Assembly: GCF_004102945.1 (NCBI RefSeq)
Contig: NZ_CP019384.1
Coordinates: 210,001 to 242,000 of the forward strand
Origin: Candidatus Velamenicoccus archaeovorus
GTDB taxonomy: Bacteria > Omnitrophota > Gorgyraeia > Velamenicoccales > Velamenicoccaceae
Direction: 5' to 3'
DNA length: 32,000 nucleotides
This document shows, in pieces, positions 14,402-22,835 of this stretch. The position numbers were made by a program, and so were the translations under genes. The notes under the pieces were generated by a model, which worked only from the letters and a program-made list of their open reading frames with translations, ran no database searches and was not told the origin of the DNA. How positions within the stretch are numbered: position 1 is the stretch's first letter; the number at the start of each line of letters is the position of its first letter.

Positions 14402-15253
14402 ATGAAAGAAGCTCTGTATTACGATAAGAGCCAAGATGGTGGCGTGCGTTGCCGGCTTTGCCCTCAATTTTGCCGGATCAAGGAGGGGGCCAAGGGATTT
14501 TGCGGTGTCCGGATCAACCAAGGCGGCAGCCTCTATACTCTTAATTACGGCCGGGTGGCTTCTCTTGCGCTTGACCCCGTTGAAAAAAAGCCGCTGTATC
14601 ACTTTCATCCCGGCGGGATGATCTTGTCTGCCGGCACCGTTGGGTGCAACCTTTCCTGTCTTTTCTGCCAGAATTGGAGCATTTCCCGGGAAGTCCAGAC
14701 GCCGACAGAACCTATGACGGTCGAGGATCTGATCGTACAGGCGCGCCGCCTGGATTCTTTTGGGATCGCCTATACCTACAATGAGCCTTTTATCTGGTAT
14801 GAGTTTGTTGTGGAAGCGGCAGAGGCGGCCAGGGGGGCTGGATTAAAGAATGTCCTGGTGACCAACGGCTTTGTCAATCCGGAGCCCCTGGCGGAGCTCC
14901 TGCCTTATATCGATGCGGCCAATATCGATATTAAGTCTATCCGGGATGATTTTTACAAAAAGGTATGTTCTGGGGGCGCCGGACCCGTCCTGGAGACGAT
15001 CAAGGCCATGGCAGGCAGGTGTCATGTCGAGCTGACAAATCTTCTGATCCCGACGCTCAATGACAGCCCCGAGGACATCTCAGGGCTGGTCGACTGGATT
15101 GCCGCCAATGTCGGTCCGAATATTCCGCTGCACTTCTCTCGTTACTTCCCCTGTTATAAAATGACGATCCCGCCGACCCCGCCGGAAAAACTTTTTGAGG
15201 CGCAGGCTATCGCCGAAAAGAAGCTTAAACACGTCCACTTGGGAAACATTTAG
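14402..15253 (+). CDS. Radical SAM enzyme, AmmeMemoRadiSam-system type (AmrS-like; PFL-activase-related)
   Basis: MKEALYY...VRCRLCPQFCRI..G..GFCGVR, a radical SAM CNLSCLFCQNW (Cx3Cx2C) motif and AYTYNEP. SD AGGGGG lies 5 nt before ATG 14402. Confidence 0.75.
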   Translation: MKEALYYDKSQDGGVRCRLCPQFCRIKEGAKGFCGVRINQGGSLYTLNYGRVASLALDPVEKKPLYHFHPGGMILSAGTVGCNLSCLFCQNWSISREVQTPTEPMTVEDLIVQARRLDSFGIAYTYNEPFIWYEFVVEAAEAARGAGLKNVLVTNGFVNPEPLAELLPYIDAANIDIKSIRDDFYKKVCSGGAGPVLETIKAMAGRCHVELTNLLIPTLNDSPEDISGLVDWIAANVGPNIPLHFSRYFPCYKMTIPPTPPEKLFEAQAIAEKKLKHVHLGNI

Positions 15254-15290
15254 ACGGCCTTTCCTGGAAGTCGCAGGTTGCCCCGATATC

Positions 15291-15327
15291 TTTATTAAAT
15301 AGGAAGCCGCCGGCTCCTGTCGGCGGA
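15291..15327 (-). terminator. Weak candidate terminator hairpin between the convergent amrS-like and ppiD-like genes
   Basis: CCGCCG (15307-15312) / CGGCGG (15321-15326). On the - strand it is followed by CTTCCTATTTAATAAAG, so the U-tract is imperfect. Confidence 0.3.
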
Positions 15328-15330
15328 GCC

Positions 15331-16881
15331 TCACTTTCCTTCAGCCGCAGCAACAGGCATGCCGTAACGGCCAATCTGGTTGACGTAACTGACCAGATGC
15401 GCCTGTTTTTTTAAGTCTTCGAAAAACGAGTTAAAGGCTTCGTTGCGTTTTTGTTCCAGCAGGCTTTTCTTGAAATCGTCGAATTCTTTTTTGAGCTTGT
15501 CCTCGTCGAGAGAGGGTGTTTGCAGGCTCTGGATGACGAGGAAACCCTGGGGCGTACTTACGGGTTTATCGTAAATCTCGTCTTTTTTCAAGCCGAAGGC
15601 GGCATCCTTGAGGACGGTCGCCAATCCCAACTCGGGGATATAGGAATCTTTGGTGAACGGCGGCGTTTCTTTGACGTCCAGCCTCAGGTTTTCAGCCGCA
15701 CGGTCAAAGGGCATGGCCGGCCGGACGGGCGTTTTTTCGGTTTTCTCTGGACCCCGTGGCTGTTCCTTGGCCTCGGGATTCCTGACGCGGTTCAGGAAGT
15801 CCTGGGCGTTCTGGAAGGCGATCTGCGAGGCTTTTTCTTCAATGAGGGCGGTCCTGACCTTGTCCTTGGCCTCTTTAAAGTCAGGGATATAAGCGTCTTT
15901 TTTTTCAAGGATACCGAAGAGATAGATTCCCCGTTCTGTTTCTAACGGTTGGGTGATGGCGCCTTGCGGTGTATCAAAGATAGCTGTCTTGATTTGCGGC
16001 AGCCACCCCAGGGCGGGGATAGGGTCGTTAAATCCGAAAAATCCGGTTTCTTTGGCTTCGAGCCCTGCTTCTTGCGCGGCTGCTTTCAAGCCGGCAGTCT
16101 TGGCCTTTCGGGCAATCTTCTGCATGGTTTCTTGCGCCTTGCCCTTTTCTTCCTCAGTTGTTTTCTCGTCATAGGGGATCATGCAGAAAACGGCATTGAT
16201 CTGCGGCGGGACCTTAAAGGTCTCCTTGGATGTTTCATAATATTTATTGAGCTCTTCATCTGTTACGGCAATGTTATTTTTATAACTTTGCGGGGAGAAG
16301 AGGACGTAGCGCAGGCGCGTCTCGGTATGCTGCTTCTTGTATTCTGCCCGTGCCTCATCGTCGGTGATGGTGACCGGCTTGGTTACCTCTTCATAGACCT
16401 TGGTCATGGAAATGTCCTGGCGCGCCTGTTCTTCGAATTGCCGCGCATCCATGCGAAGGGTATATTTCAGGAAGAGCTCATAGGATTGAGGATCGAAGCG
16501 GCCGTTCTTTTGGAGGAAAGGCAGGCGGGTGATATGGTCGACGACGTCCCGATCGCTGATGCGGATGCCGCGCCGGCGGACTTCGTGAAGCATGATCAGG
16601 CGGTCCCATGCGCCGTTGATGGGGTTTAAAAGGGGCCTGAGGTTCTTTTCCGCCTCTTCGCCGTATTGAAGCAGGATGTGCGTTTTCCATGCCTGCATGG
16701 ATTGCTGGAAGCGGTCGTAACTGACATTTTTGCCGAAAATCCGGCCTGCGATGTTCGGGACGCGGTCTTTCTTGTTGATGACGCTGGCCGATCCCCAGAT
16801 GACGAATGCCGGGATGATAAGGACGGCAAGCACATAGAAGATTCTTTTGGCGACCTTCTTTTTGCGGAGCTGTCTCAACAT
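15331..16881 (-). CDS. Periplasmic chaperone / peptidyl-prolyl isomerase, PpiD (SurA-N plus parvulin-like) family
   Basis: 516 aa with an N-terminal membrane anchor (RIFYVLAVLIIPAFVIWG), a SurA-N-like region and a parvulin-like segment (GFFGFNDPIPALGW...GIYLFGILEKK). It is the only gene on the - strand. Confidence 0.75.
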   Translation of the reverse strand: MLRQLRKKKVAKRIFYVLAVLIIPAFVIWGSASVINKKDRVPNIAGRIFGKNVSYDRFQQSMQAWKTHILLQYGEEAEKNLRPLLNPINGAWDRLIMLHEVRRRGIRISDRDVVDHITRLPFLQKNGRFDPQSYELFLKYTLRMDARQFEEQARQDISMTKVYEEVTKPVTITDDEARAEYKKQHTETRLRYVLFSPQSYKNNIAVTDEELNKYYETSKETFKVPPQINAVFCMIPYDEKTTEEEKGKAQETMQKIARKAKTAGLKAAAQEAGLEAKETGFFGFNDPIPALGWLPQIKTAIFDTPQGAITQPLETERGIYLFGILEKKDAYIPDFKEAKDKVRTALIEEKASQIAFQNAQDFLNRVRNPEAKEQPRGPEKTEKTPVRPAMPFDRAAENLRLDVKETPPFTKDSYIPELGLATVLKDAAFGLKKDEIYDKPVSTPQGFLVIQSLQTPSLDEDKLKKEFDDFKKSLLEQKRNEAFNSFFEDLKKQAHLVSYVNQIGRYGMPVAAAEGK

Positions 16882-16946
16882 ATTTAACCCCTTGATTTGT
16901 CAGGTGTTATTTATCAAAGTCTTAATTATACTCCGCCACTTTTTTC

Positions 16947-16975
16947 TTTACAAAGCATATTTTCAAATGTATAAT
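16947..16975 (+). promoter_or_regulatory. Sigma70-type promoter of hisG
   Basis: TTTACA (16947-16952), 17-nt spacer, perfect TATAAT (16970-16975). The -10 overlaps the track start codon at 16974. Confidence 0.5.
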
Positions 16976-16985
16976 GACCCCCGCT

Positions 16986-17876
16986 ATGATGACTAAAGAT
17001 GACGGAAAACTCAAATTAGGTATCCCGAAAGGCAGCCTGACCGAGGCGACCATCAAGATGTTTGCCAAGGCGGGTTTCAGCATTGTCGTCAGCTCCAGGT
17101 CTTATGTCCCTGTGATCGACGACCCCGAGATCCAGCCGATCATGCTGCGGGCACAGGAGATGTCCCGCTATGTCGAAGACGGGGTCCTGGATTGCGGCAT
17201 CACCGGTAACGATTGGATCCTGGAGAACCGTTCGGATGTCGTTAAGCTGGCCGACCTGGCTTATGCCAAACAGAGCATGAATCCTGTCCGCTGGGTATTG
17301 GCCATCCCGGAACAGTCTTCCATCAAGTCCGTCAAGGACCTTCAGGGCAAGAGGATTGCCACCGAGCTTGTCGAGGTCACAAAAGACTACTTTAAGAAGA
17401 ATAATGTTGCGGCGGATGTAGAGTTCAGCTGGGGAGCGACCGAAGTCAAGGTCGCCGCCAACCTCGTGGATGCGATCGTCGAGTTGACCGAGACAGGATC
17501 GAGCCTGCGTGCCCACAATTTGAAAGAGATCGCCACGATCTGTACGTCGACAACACAGTTCATCGCCAACAAGAAATCGGTCAGAGATCCGAAGAAAAAG
17601 AAGAAGATGGACCAGGTCATTATGCTGCTGCGCGGGGCCATTGATGCTGAAGGCAAGGTGGGCCTCAAGATGAATATCCCGGCCAAGGCGTTGCCGCAGC
17701 TCCTGCGTGTCCTGCCGGCGTTGCGCAAGCCGACGATCTCGCACCTTTCCGACGAAAAATGGGTCGCGGTTGAGACCGTGATTGAAGAAAAGCTGGTACG
17801 CAAGATCATCCCCGAACTCAAAGAGGCTGGAGCTGAGGGAATCATCGAGTATTCCTTGAATAAATTGATCGTGTGA
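16986..17876 (+). CDS. hisG: ATP phosphoribosyltransferase, long form
   Basis: [24 protein letters not shown]... plus a C-terminal regulatory domain. ATG 16986 or 16989 is preferred because ATG 16974 lies inside the predicted -10 box. No SD precedes any of the three. Confidence 0.85.
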   Translation: MMTKDDGKLKLGIPKGSLTEATIKMFAKAGFSIVVSSRSYVPVIDDPEIQPIMLRAQEMSRYVEDGVLDCGITGNDWILENRSDVVKLADLAYAKQSMNPVRWVLAIPEQSSIKSVKDLQGKRIATELVEVTKDYFKKNNVAADVEFSWGATEVKVAANLVDAIVELTETGSSLRAHNLKEIATICTSTTQFIANKKSVRDPKKKKKMDQVIMLLRGAIDAEGKVGLKMNIPAKALPQLLRVLPALRKPTISHLSDEKWVAVETVIEEKLVRKIIPELKEAGAEGIIEYSLNKLIV

Positions 17877-17954
17877 AAGACAGAGTACGGAGAACAGAGC
17901 ACAGAGGACAGAAAAAACAAAATCATTCCGTTGTCTGTTGTCTGTTTTCCCCCG

Positions 17955-18057
17955 AGCAAAGTGAGGTCGCTGTTGCGGCGAATAAGCCGCAACACGTTTA
18001 GCGACGCCCGCCGAGAGGGTGAGGCGGGCCGAGGTCGAAGCGCTTCCTTTGCTTTTT
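17955..18057 (+). other. Multi-hairpin structured element ending in a U-tract (candidate complex terminator or small RNA)
   Basis: Closing stem AGCAAAG (17955-17961) / CTTTGCT (18047-18053) plus TTTTT. Inner stems are GTCGCT/AGCGAC, GTTGCGGC-gaataa-GCCGCAAC (17972-17993) and GCCCGCC...GGCGGGC (18006-18029). Confidence 0.35.
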
Positions 18058-18209
18058 ATTGAAGGTTAAGCGAGACTAGACATATATAGGGAGGCGGCGT
18101 GTCGAGCGGAGCCCTTTGACGCGGCTATCAAAGCTAATCTTGCTCAGGGTGAGTCCTGAGCTTGTCGAAGGACGAAGCGGGACGGTGGGTCGCCTGAAGA
18201 GGAGGCTAT

Positions 18210-18311
18210 ATGCCTTGTGGCAGAAAAAGAAAAAGACGCAAGATCAAGACTCACAAGAGAAAAAAGATGCGTCGCAAACTCAGACACCTCAAGAAGAGAG
18301 ATTGGGGTTGA
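18210..18311 (+). CDS. 33-aa highly basic protein, bS22 / AURKAIP1-COX24-domain-like (absent from the ORF track)
   Basis: ATG 18210 is preceded by GAAGAGGAGG (4-nt spacing). Translation is MPCGRKRKRRKIKTHKRKKMRRKLRHLKKRDWG, stop at 18309-18311. The MP.G+KRKR+K..THKRKK pattern matches the small bacterial bS22-type proteins as I remember them. Confidence 0.6.
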   Translation: MPCGRKRKRRKIKTHKRKKMRRKLRHLKKRDWG

Positions 18312-18417
18312 TGAGGGGCCCGTCCACCCCTTTAGGGGCGGGGGCTTGTCCCGTATCTGTGAAGTTTTTGCCCCGTTAGGGAATGTTCTATAACAGGGTT
18401 TGCGGGATGCTGACGAG

Positions 18418-19392
18418 ATGTTTTTAAAAAAGAGGTGGCTTCTTTTTGTCTGCAGCCTCCTGGCCCTGGCGGCGACCGGGATCATCTCCTGTGCGCCCGT
18501 CAATGAAAGCGTCCGCAGAACATCCTCTTCTTACGGCGCTTATATGAAAGGGCTTCTGGCAGACCGCCTCGGGTCGTTTGAAGAAGCGGCGGCCCATTAT
18601 CGCCGGGCACGAAGCCTGGATCAAAAGTCGCCTTTGCCCCATATTCAGCTGGGGCGGGATTACGTAGGGCTTGGGGATTTACAAAAGGCCGCCGCTGAAT
18701 TCCGGACGGCCCTCCTCTCGGCGCCCGGCGACGCGCAGACCCGGTATGTTCTGGCACTGATCTATGCGCAGCTCAATGATTACAAGAAGGCCGCCGAACA
18801 ATGCGAAATCCTGCTCAAAGATGCTGCGGCCTTACCGCAAAAGACACAGCTGAGACGGATCCTGTCTCAGCTCTATTTTTTGGAAGGCGATTTTGTCGCG
18901 GCCAGGAAATACAGCCAGGAGATTTTAGCGCTTGACCCGTTGGATCGCGAAGCCTTGTTTTTTATGGGCCTGATCTCCAGCGAAGAAGGGTCAAGCGAAG
19001 AGGCTGAAAGGTTCTTTCAAAAGGTCCTGCGGTATTATCCCGACGATATTGATGCCGCCAACAGCTTGGCATTTCTGTATGCCGAAAAAGGAGAGCATCT
19101 TGTTGAAGCGCTGGATCTGGCCTTGCGGGCGGCAGAGGCCCAGGGTGATAACGGCACCTACCTGGATACTCTCGGATGGGTGTATTTTCAGCTTGGTGAC
19201 ACCCCCAAGGCGGTCGCGTTTCTTGAAAAGGCTTCAAAGGTCATGGTGGATCCGGTGATTCTCAATCATCTGGCTGCCGCTTATGAAAGGCAGGGTGAGA
19301 CGGAGAAAGCCAGAGAACAATGGGAGATATCCCTGGCCTTGGATCCGTCCCAGGGGGATATCCGCGAAAAGTTAAAGATCATCAAAAGATAA
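18418..19392 (+). CDS. TPR-repeat lipoprotein
   Basis: MFLKKRWLLFVCSLLALAATGIISC (lipobox IISC) followed by multiple TPR units (A..Y..A..L.P....A...LG). The track start is a TTG at 18400. Confidence 0.7.
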   Translation: MFLKKRWLLFVCSLLALAATGIISCAPVNESVRRTSSSYGAYMKGLLADRLGSFEEAAAHYRRARSLDQKSPLPHIQLGRDYVGLGDLQKAAAEFRTALLSAPGDAQTRYVLALIYAQLNDYKKAAEQCEILLKDAAALPQKTQLRRILSQLYFLEGDFVAARKYSQEILALDPLDREALFFMGLISSEEGSSEEAERFFQKVLRYYPDDIDAANSLAFLYAEKGEHLVEALDLALRAAEAQGDNGTYLDTLGWVYFQLGDTPKAVAFLEKASKVMVDPVILNHLAAAYERQGETEKAREQWEISLALDPSQGDIREKLKIIKR

Positions 19393-19395
19393 CCT

Positions 19396-20223
19396 ATGCT
19401 TTTGGATTCAAGAAAAATCAAAGAATTGGAAGATAAGGCCAGGGAGATCCGCATCATGATCGTCCAGATGCTGGCGCGTGCCGGATCGGGCCATCCGGGC
19501 GGGTCTCTGTCCAGCACGGACATCTTGACGTGTCTCTATTACGCTGTCATGCGCCATAACCCCAGGGATCCTTCATGGCCGGACCGCGACCGCTTTCATT
19601 TGTCGAAAGGACATTGTTGTCCGGCGCTTTATGCGGTCTTGGCAGAGCAGGGGTATTTTGCGAAAGAGGAGCTGTGGAAACTGCGGCGGTTCGGTTGTCT
19701 CTTGCAGGGGCATCCGGAGCGTCACACGCCTGGCATTGAGGTGTGCAGCGGGTCTTTGGGGCAAGGGCTTTCCGTGGCATTGGGGATGAGCTTGGCAGCG
19801 AAACTGGACCGCAAGGATTACCGGACGTATTGTCTCTTGGGGGACGGAGAGATCCAGGAGGGCAACGTCTGGGAAGCGGCCATGGCCGCCGCGCACTACA
19901 AATGCGATAATCTTTGCGTTATCCTGGACTACAATGGTTTTCAGATCGACGGCCGGGTCATGGAAGTCATGGCGATTGAGCCATTGGCGGAGAAATGGCG
20001 CAGCTTCGGATGGTATGTGCTTGAGATCGACGGACATAATATGGCCGCGATCCATAAAGCCTTTGCCACAGCGAAAAAGATCAAGGAAAAACCGACGATC
20101 ATCATCGCCAAGACGATCAAGGGTAAAGGCGTCTCTTTCATGGAGAACGTCGTGGATTTCCACGGCCGGGCGCCCAGCCGGGAGGAAGAGGATCTGGCGA
20201 TGAAAGAACTGGGCGAATCGTAG
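19396..20223 (+). CDS. Transketolase, N-terminal (TPP-binding) subunit of a split enzyme
   Basis: 275 aa with GSGHPGGSLS, HLSKGH and GSLGQGLSVA...GDGEIQEGNVWEA. Confidence 0.9.
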   Translation: MLLDSRKIKELEDKAREIRIMIVQMLARAGSGHPGGSLSSTDILTCLYYAVMRHNPRDPSWPDRDRFHLSKGHCCPALYAVLAEQGYFAKEELWKLRRFGCLLQGHPERHTPGIEVCSGSLGQGLSVALGMSLAAKLDRKDYRTYCLLGDGEIQEGNVWEAAMAAAHYKCDNLCVILDYNGFQIDGRVMEVMAIEPLAEKWRSFGWYVLEIDGHNMAAIHKAFATAKKIKEKPTIIIAKTIKGKGVSFMENVVDFHGRAPSREEEDLAMKELGES

Positions 20224-20244
20224 AGGAAGAATCGGACCGATACC

Positions 20245-21174
20245 ATGGCTGAAATGCTTTATCAACGCGATATTTACGGCAAGACGCTGGTTGAACTCGG
20301 CCGCCGCACGGCGGATGTCGTGGTGTGCGATGCGGACTTGTCCGGTTCGACGCGCACGGCGTTTTTTGCCAGGGAATTCGCATCCCGGTTTTTCAATTTC
20401 GGTGTTGCTGAACAGAACATGATGGCGACGGCGGCGGGCTTGGCGTCTTGCGGGAAGGTCGTTTTTGCGTCCACATTCGCCATGTTCGCCTCGGGCCGCG
20501 CCTGGGACCAGGTGCGCAACACCATCTGTTACAGCGGACTCAATGTCAAGATCGTGGCGACCCATGCGGGCGTCACCGTCGGTCCCGACGGCGCCAGTCA
20601 CCAGGCGCTTGAGGATATCGCCATCATGCGGGCCATCCCCAATATGACCGTTATTGTGCCTTGTGACGGGCCGGAAACGCGGGAAGCTATCCTGACCGCT
20701 TTTGAGACCTCGGGGCCGTTTTATATCCGTCTGGGCCGTGCCAAGGTGCCAAGCATCGACAAGAGGCCGGAGTTTCGTCTTGGGAAAGGCGGTCTCCTGC
20801 AAGAGGGCAGCGACGTTACGCTCGTGGCGTGCGGCATCATGGTTCAGGAAGCCCTGAAGGCGGCCGCTGAATTGGCTAAAAACAAGATATCCGCCCGTGT
20901 TATCAATATGCCCACCATTAAGCCGCTCGATGAAAATATCCTTGTGGAAGCCGCTCGTCAGACGAAAGGACTTGTGGTTTGTGAAGAGCATTCTGTGACG
21001 GGCGGACTTGCTTCGGCTGTTGCGGAAACTTTAAGCGAGAAGCATCCTGCACCGATCGTCCGCGTCGGTGTCAAGAACAGGTTCGGTCAATCAGGGGATG
21101 AGGCGGCCTTGCTGACGGAATACCAGCTGACGTGCGCTGACATCGTCAGGGGTGCCCACTCCATTTTGGCATAA
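20245..21174 (+). CDS. Transketolase, C-terminal (pyrimidine-binding) subunit of a split enzyme
   Basis: 309 aa with FFNFGVAEQNMM, THAGVTVGPDGASHQALEDIA and MRAIPNMTV. Confidence 0.9.
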   Translation: MAEMLYQRDIYGKTLVELGRRTADVVVCDADLSGSTRTAFFAREFASRFFNFGVAEQNMMATAAGLASCGKVVFASTFAMFASGRAWDQVRNTICYSGLNVKIVATHAGVTVGPDGASHQALEDIAIMRAIPNMTVIVPCDGPETREAILTAFETSGPFYIRLGRAKVPSIDKRPEFRLGKGGLLQEGSDVTLVACGIMVQEALKAAAELAKNKISARVINMPTIKPLDENILVEAARQTKGLVVCEEHSVTGGLASAVAETLSEKHPAPIVRVGVKNRFGQSGDEAALLTEYQLTCADIVRGAHSILA

Positions 21175-21189
21175 GAGATCCCCAGTCCA

Positions 21190-22116
21190 ATGGCCTCCGT
21201 TAATTCTCTTTTACTTTCCTCTCCCGCCAAGCTCAATCTTTATCTTGACGTCCTGGGCCGGCGGCCCGACGGCTACCACGAACTCCTGACTTTTTTTGAA
21301 CGTATCTCTCTTTGCGACACCGTCCGCCTAACGGAGATCCAGACGGACGAGATCGTCTTGTCTTGTGACAGCCGCCTGGTTCCCTCCGATGCTGCTAATT
21401 TGGCGTGGCAGGCTGCCGATCTGCTACGGCGGTCCTTTGGTGTCAAGAAAGGCGTCAAGATCGAAATCCAGAAGCAGATTCCTGTGGGCGGCGGCATGGG
21501 GGGAGGGTCAAGCAATGCCGCTACCGTCCTTTTGGGCATGAACAGGCTTTTCGGGATGCGTCTAAGCCGGCCGGTACTGGTCGATTTGGCCAACCGTCTG
21601 GGCAGCGATGTGGCTTTTTTTGTTTCTGGAAGGCGTTTTGCCATCGGCCGGGGCCGCGGAGGCGATCTGACGGGCGTCTCGATTCCTCCCCGAGTGCGTT
21701 TATGGCACGTTCTTTTTGTTCCGCCGAAGAACATTATGACCAAAGATGTCTATGCGCTCTTTGATAGGGGGTCTCAAAGGAGCAGAACAGGCCGGAATCC
21801 CAGAGAAACTTTAACGTTGACAAAGAATAATGAGAATGTTAATATACTACTCTCTTGTCTTAAAGAGGGAGATCTCCGTTTTCTTAACAGGAAGATTTAC
21901 AATCGGTTAAGCGAAATCGTAATAGAATCATATGGTTTCGTTTCTGAACTAAGAACTGATCTTTCTAAACTCGGGTTCAAATGGCTACACATGTCAGGTA
22001 GCGGGCCGACCCTTTTTGTTGTATGTAAAGACCAAAAATACGCGCAGCGGGTTTATGATAAGGCGCGCGCCAGGCTTTCAGATAAATGCCACGTATTTAT
22101 CGCCGCAACGCTGTAA
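21190..22116 (+). CDS. ispE: 4-diphosphocytidyl-2-C-methyl-D-erythritol kinase
   Basis: PAKLNLYLDVLGRRPDGYHEL and the GHMP kinase motif PVGGGMGGGSSNAA. Confidence 0.9.
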   Translation: MASVNSLLLSSPAKLNLYLDVLGRRPDGYHELLTFFERISLCDTVRLTEIQTDEIVLSCDSRLVPSDAANLAWQAADLLRRSFGVKKGVKIEIQKQIPVGGGMGGGSSNAATVLLGMNRLFGMRLSRPVLVDLANRLGSDVAFFVSGRRFAIGRGRGGDLTGVSIPPRVRLWHVLFVPPKNIMTKDVYALFDRGSQRSRTGRNPRETLTLTKNNENVNILLSCLKEGDLRFLNRKIYNRLSEIVIESYGFVSELRTDLSKLGFKWLHMSGSGPTLFVVCKDQKYAQRVYDKARARLSDKCHVFIAATL

Positions 22117-22158
22117 TTATTGTATTTTTTGGTCGGTTACACAGGGAGGGGACGATCC

Positions 22159-22578
22159 ATGGAAATCACTGAGGTGAGGGTTTTTCTCAAGGATAGTCCT
22201 GACAAGAAACTTAAAGCTTATGCCACGGTGACGTTCGACAACGCTTTCGTCGTCAGGAACATTAAAGTGATCGAGGGGGGCAGCGGCCTTTTTATCGCCA
22301 TGCCTTCTCGAAAGCTCAAGACAGCATGTCCCAAGTGTAATTTTCGCAACGAGGTCCGCAGTAAATATTGCAACCAGTGCGCAACGCAATTGCCGGCTGT
22401 CATGCGGCCGGTGACTGTAGAATCCAATGCGGATGGCGCTCAGTCTGAACACAGGGATATCGCCCATCCGATCACTCAGACCTTCCGGGATTACTTGCAG
22501 AAAAAGGTTTTAGATGCCTTTGAGAGCGAAAAAGCCAAAGGCCCTTCTTCCTTTTCAGGTCACGACAGCGAAGAATGA
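22159..22578 (+). CDS. spoVG: SpoVG-family protein with an internal CxxC...CxxC zinc-ribbon-like insertion
   Basis: MEITEVRVF...KAYATVTFDNAFVVRNIKVIEGGSGLFIAMPSRK ... HRDIAHPI is the SpoVG core. About 45 extra residues (CPKCNFRN...CNQC...) lie between MPSRK and RDIAHPI. SD GGGAGGGG precedes ATG 22159, and the track start is a TTG at 22120. Confidence 0.8.
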   Translation: MEITEVRVFLKDSPDKKLKAYATVTFDNAFVVRNIKVIEGGSGLFIAMPSRKLKTACPKCNFRNEVRSKYCNQCATQLPAVMRPVTVESNADGAQSEHRDIAHPITQTFRDYLQKKVLDAFESEKAKGPSSFSGHDSEE

Positions 22579-22597
22579 GATAGATTTTCTGAGATAT

Positions 22598-22669
22598 TGC
22601 CCGGTGGTGCAACTGGTAGCACATCAGACTTTGGATCTGAGTATCCTGGTTCGAGCCCAGGCTGGGCAG
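22598..22669 (+). tRNA. tRNA-Gln (anticodon UUG)
   Basis: Hand-folded cloverleaf: acceptor TGCCCGG/CTGGGCA (U1:A72), D arm GTGC-AACTGGTA-GCAC, anticodon arm TCAGA-CTTTGGA-TCTGA (TTG at 22631-22633), 4-nt variable loop, T arm CCTGG-TTCGAGC-CCAGG, discriminator G. CCA is not encoded. Confidence 0.85.
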
Positions 22670-22700
22670 TTCGATTATCGGCCTGGCGAGAACCAAAGGG
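22653..22700 (+). repeat. Direct repeat copy 1 (last 17 nt of tRNA-Gln plus 31 nt downstream)
   Basis: GAGCCCAGGCTGGGCAGTTCGATTATCGGCCTGGCGAGAACCAAAGGG matches 22836-22883 at 46 of 48 positions. Confidence 0.85.
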
Positions 22701-22835
22701 GTGCGGGGAGACCGTCCCCGCGCTTTCGGGGTAACAGGAGCGAATCCGCGTAAGCGGATGAGCCCGCCATAGGGGCAGAGCCCCTTTGGGGAGCGGAGTG
22801 GAAACGAAGAGACTGGTTCTAGGCGCGCAGCGCCG

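Noticed and set aside
14402-15253. AmmeMemoRadiSam-type radical SAM gene without adjacent AMMECR1 (amrA) or Memo (amrB) partners, considered as an anomaly
   Set aside because: The partners may be encoded elsewhere, and assignment to the AmrS subfamily rests only on my reading of N-terminal motifs. This is not strong enough to report as a finding.
19573-20991. 472-aa ORF on the - strand
   Set aside because: It is antisense to both transketolase subunit genes, which carry unmistakable TPP and transketolase motifs. Shadow ORF.
22701-22835. Second, degenerate tRNA between the two tRNA-Gln-derived repeats
   Set aside because: No cloverleaf can be folded. There is no T-arm 5' strand (CCTGG) or anticodon arm upstream of the second repeat.
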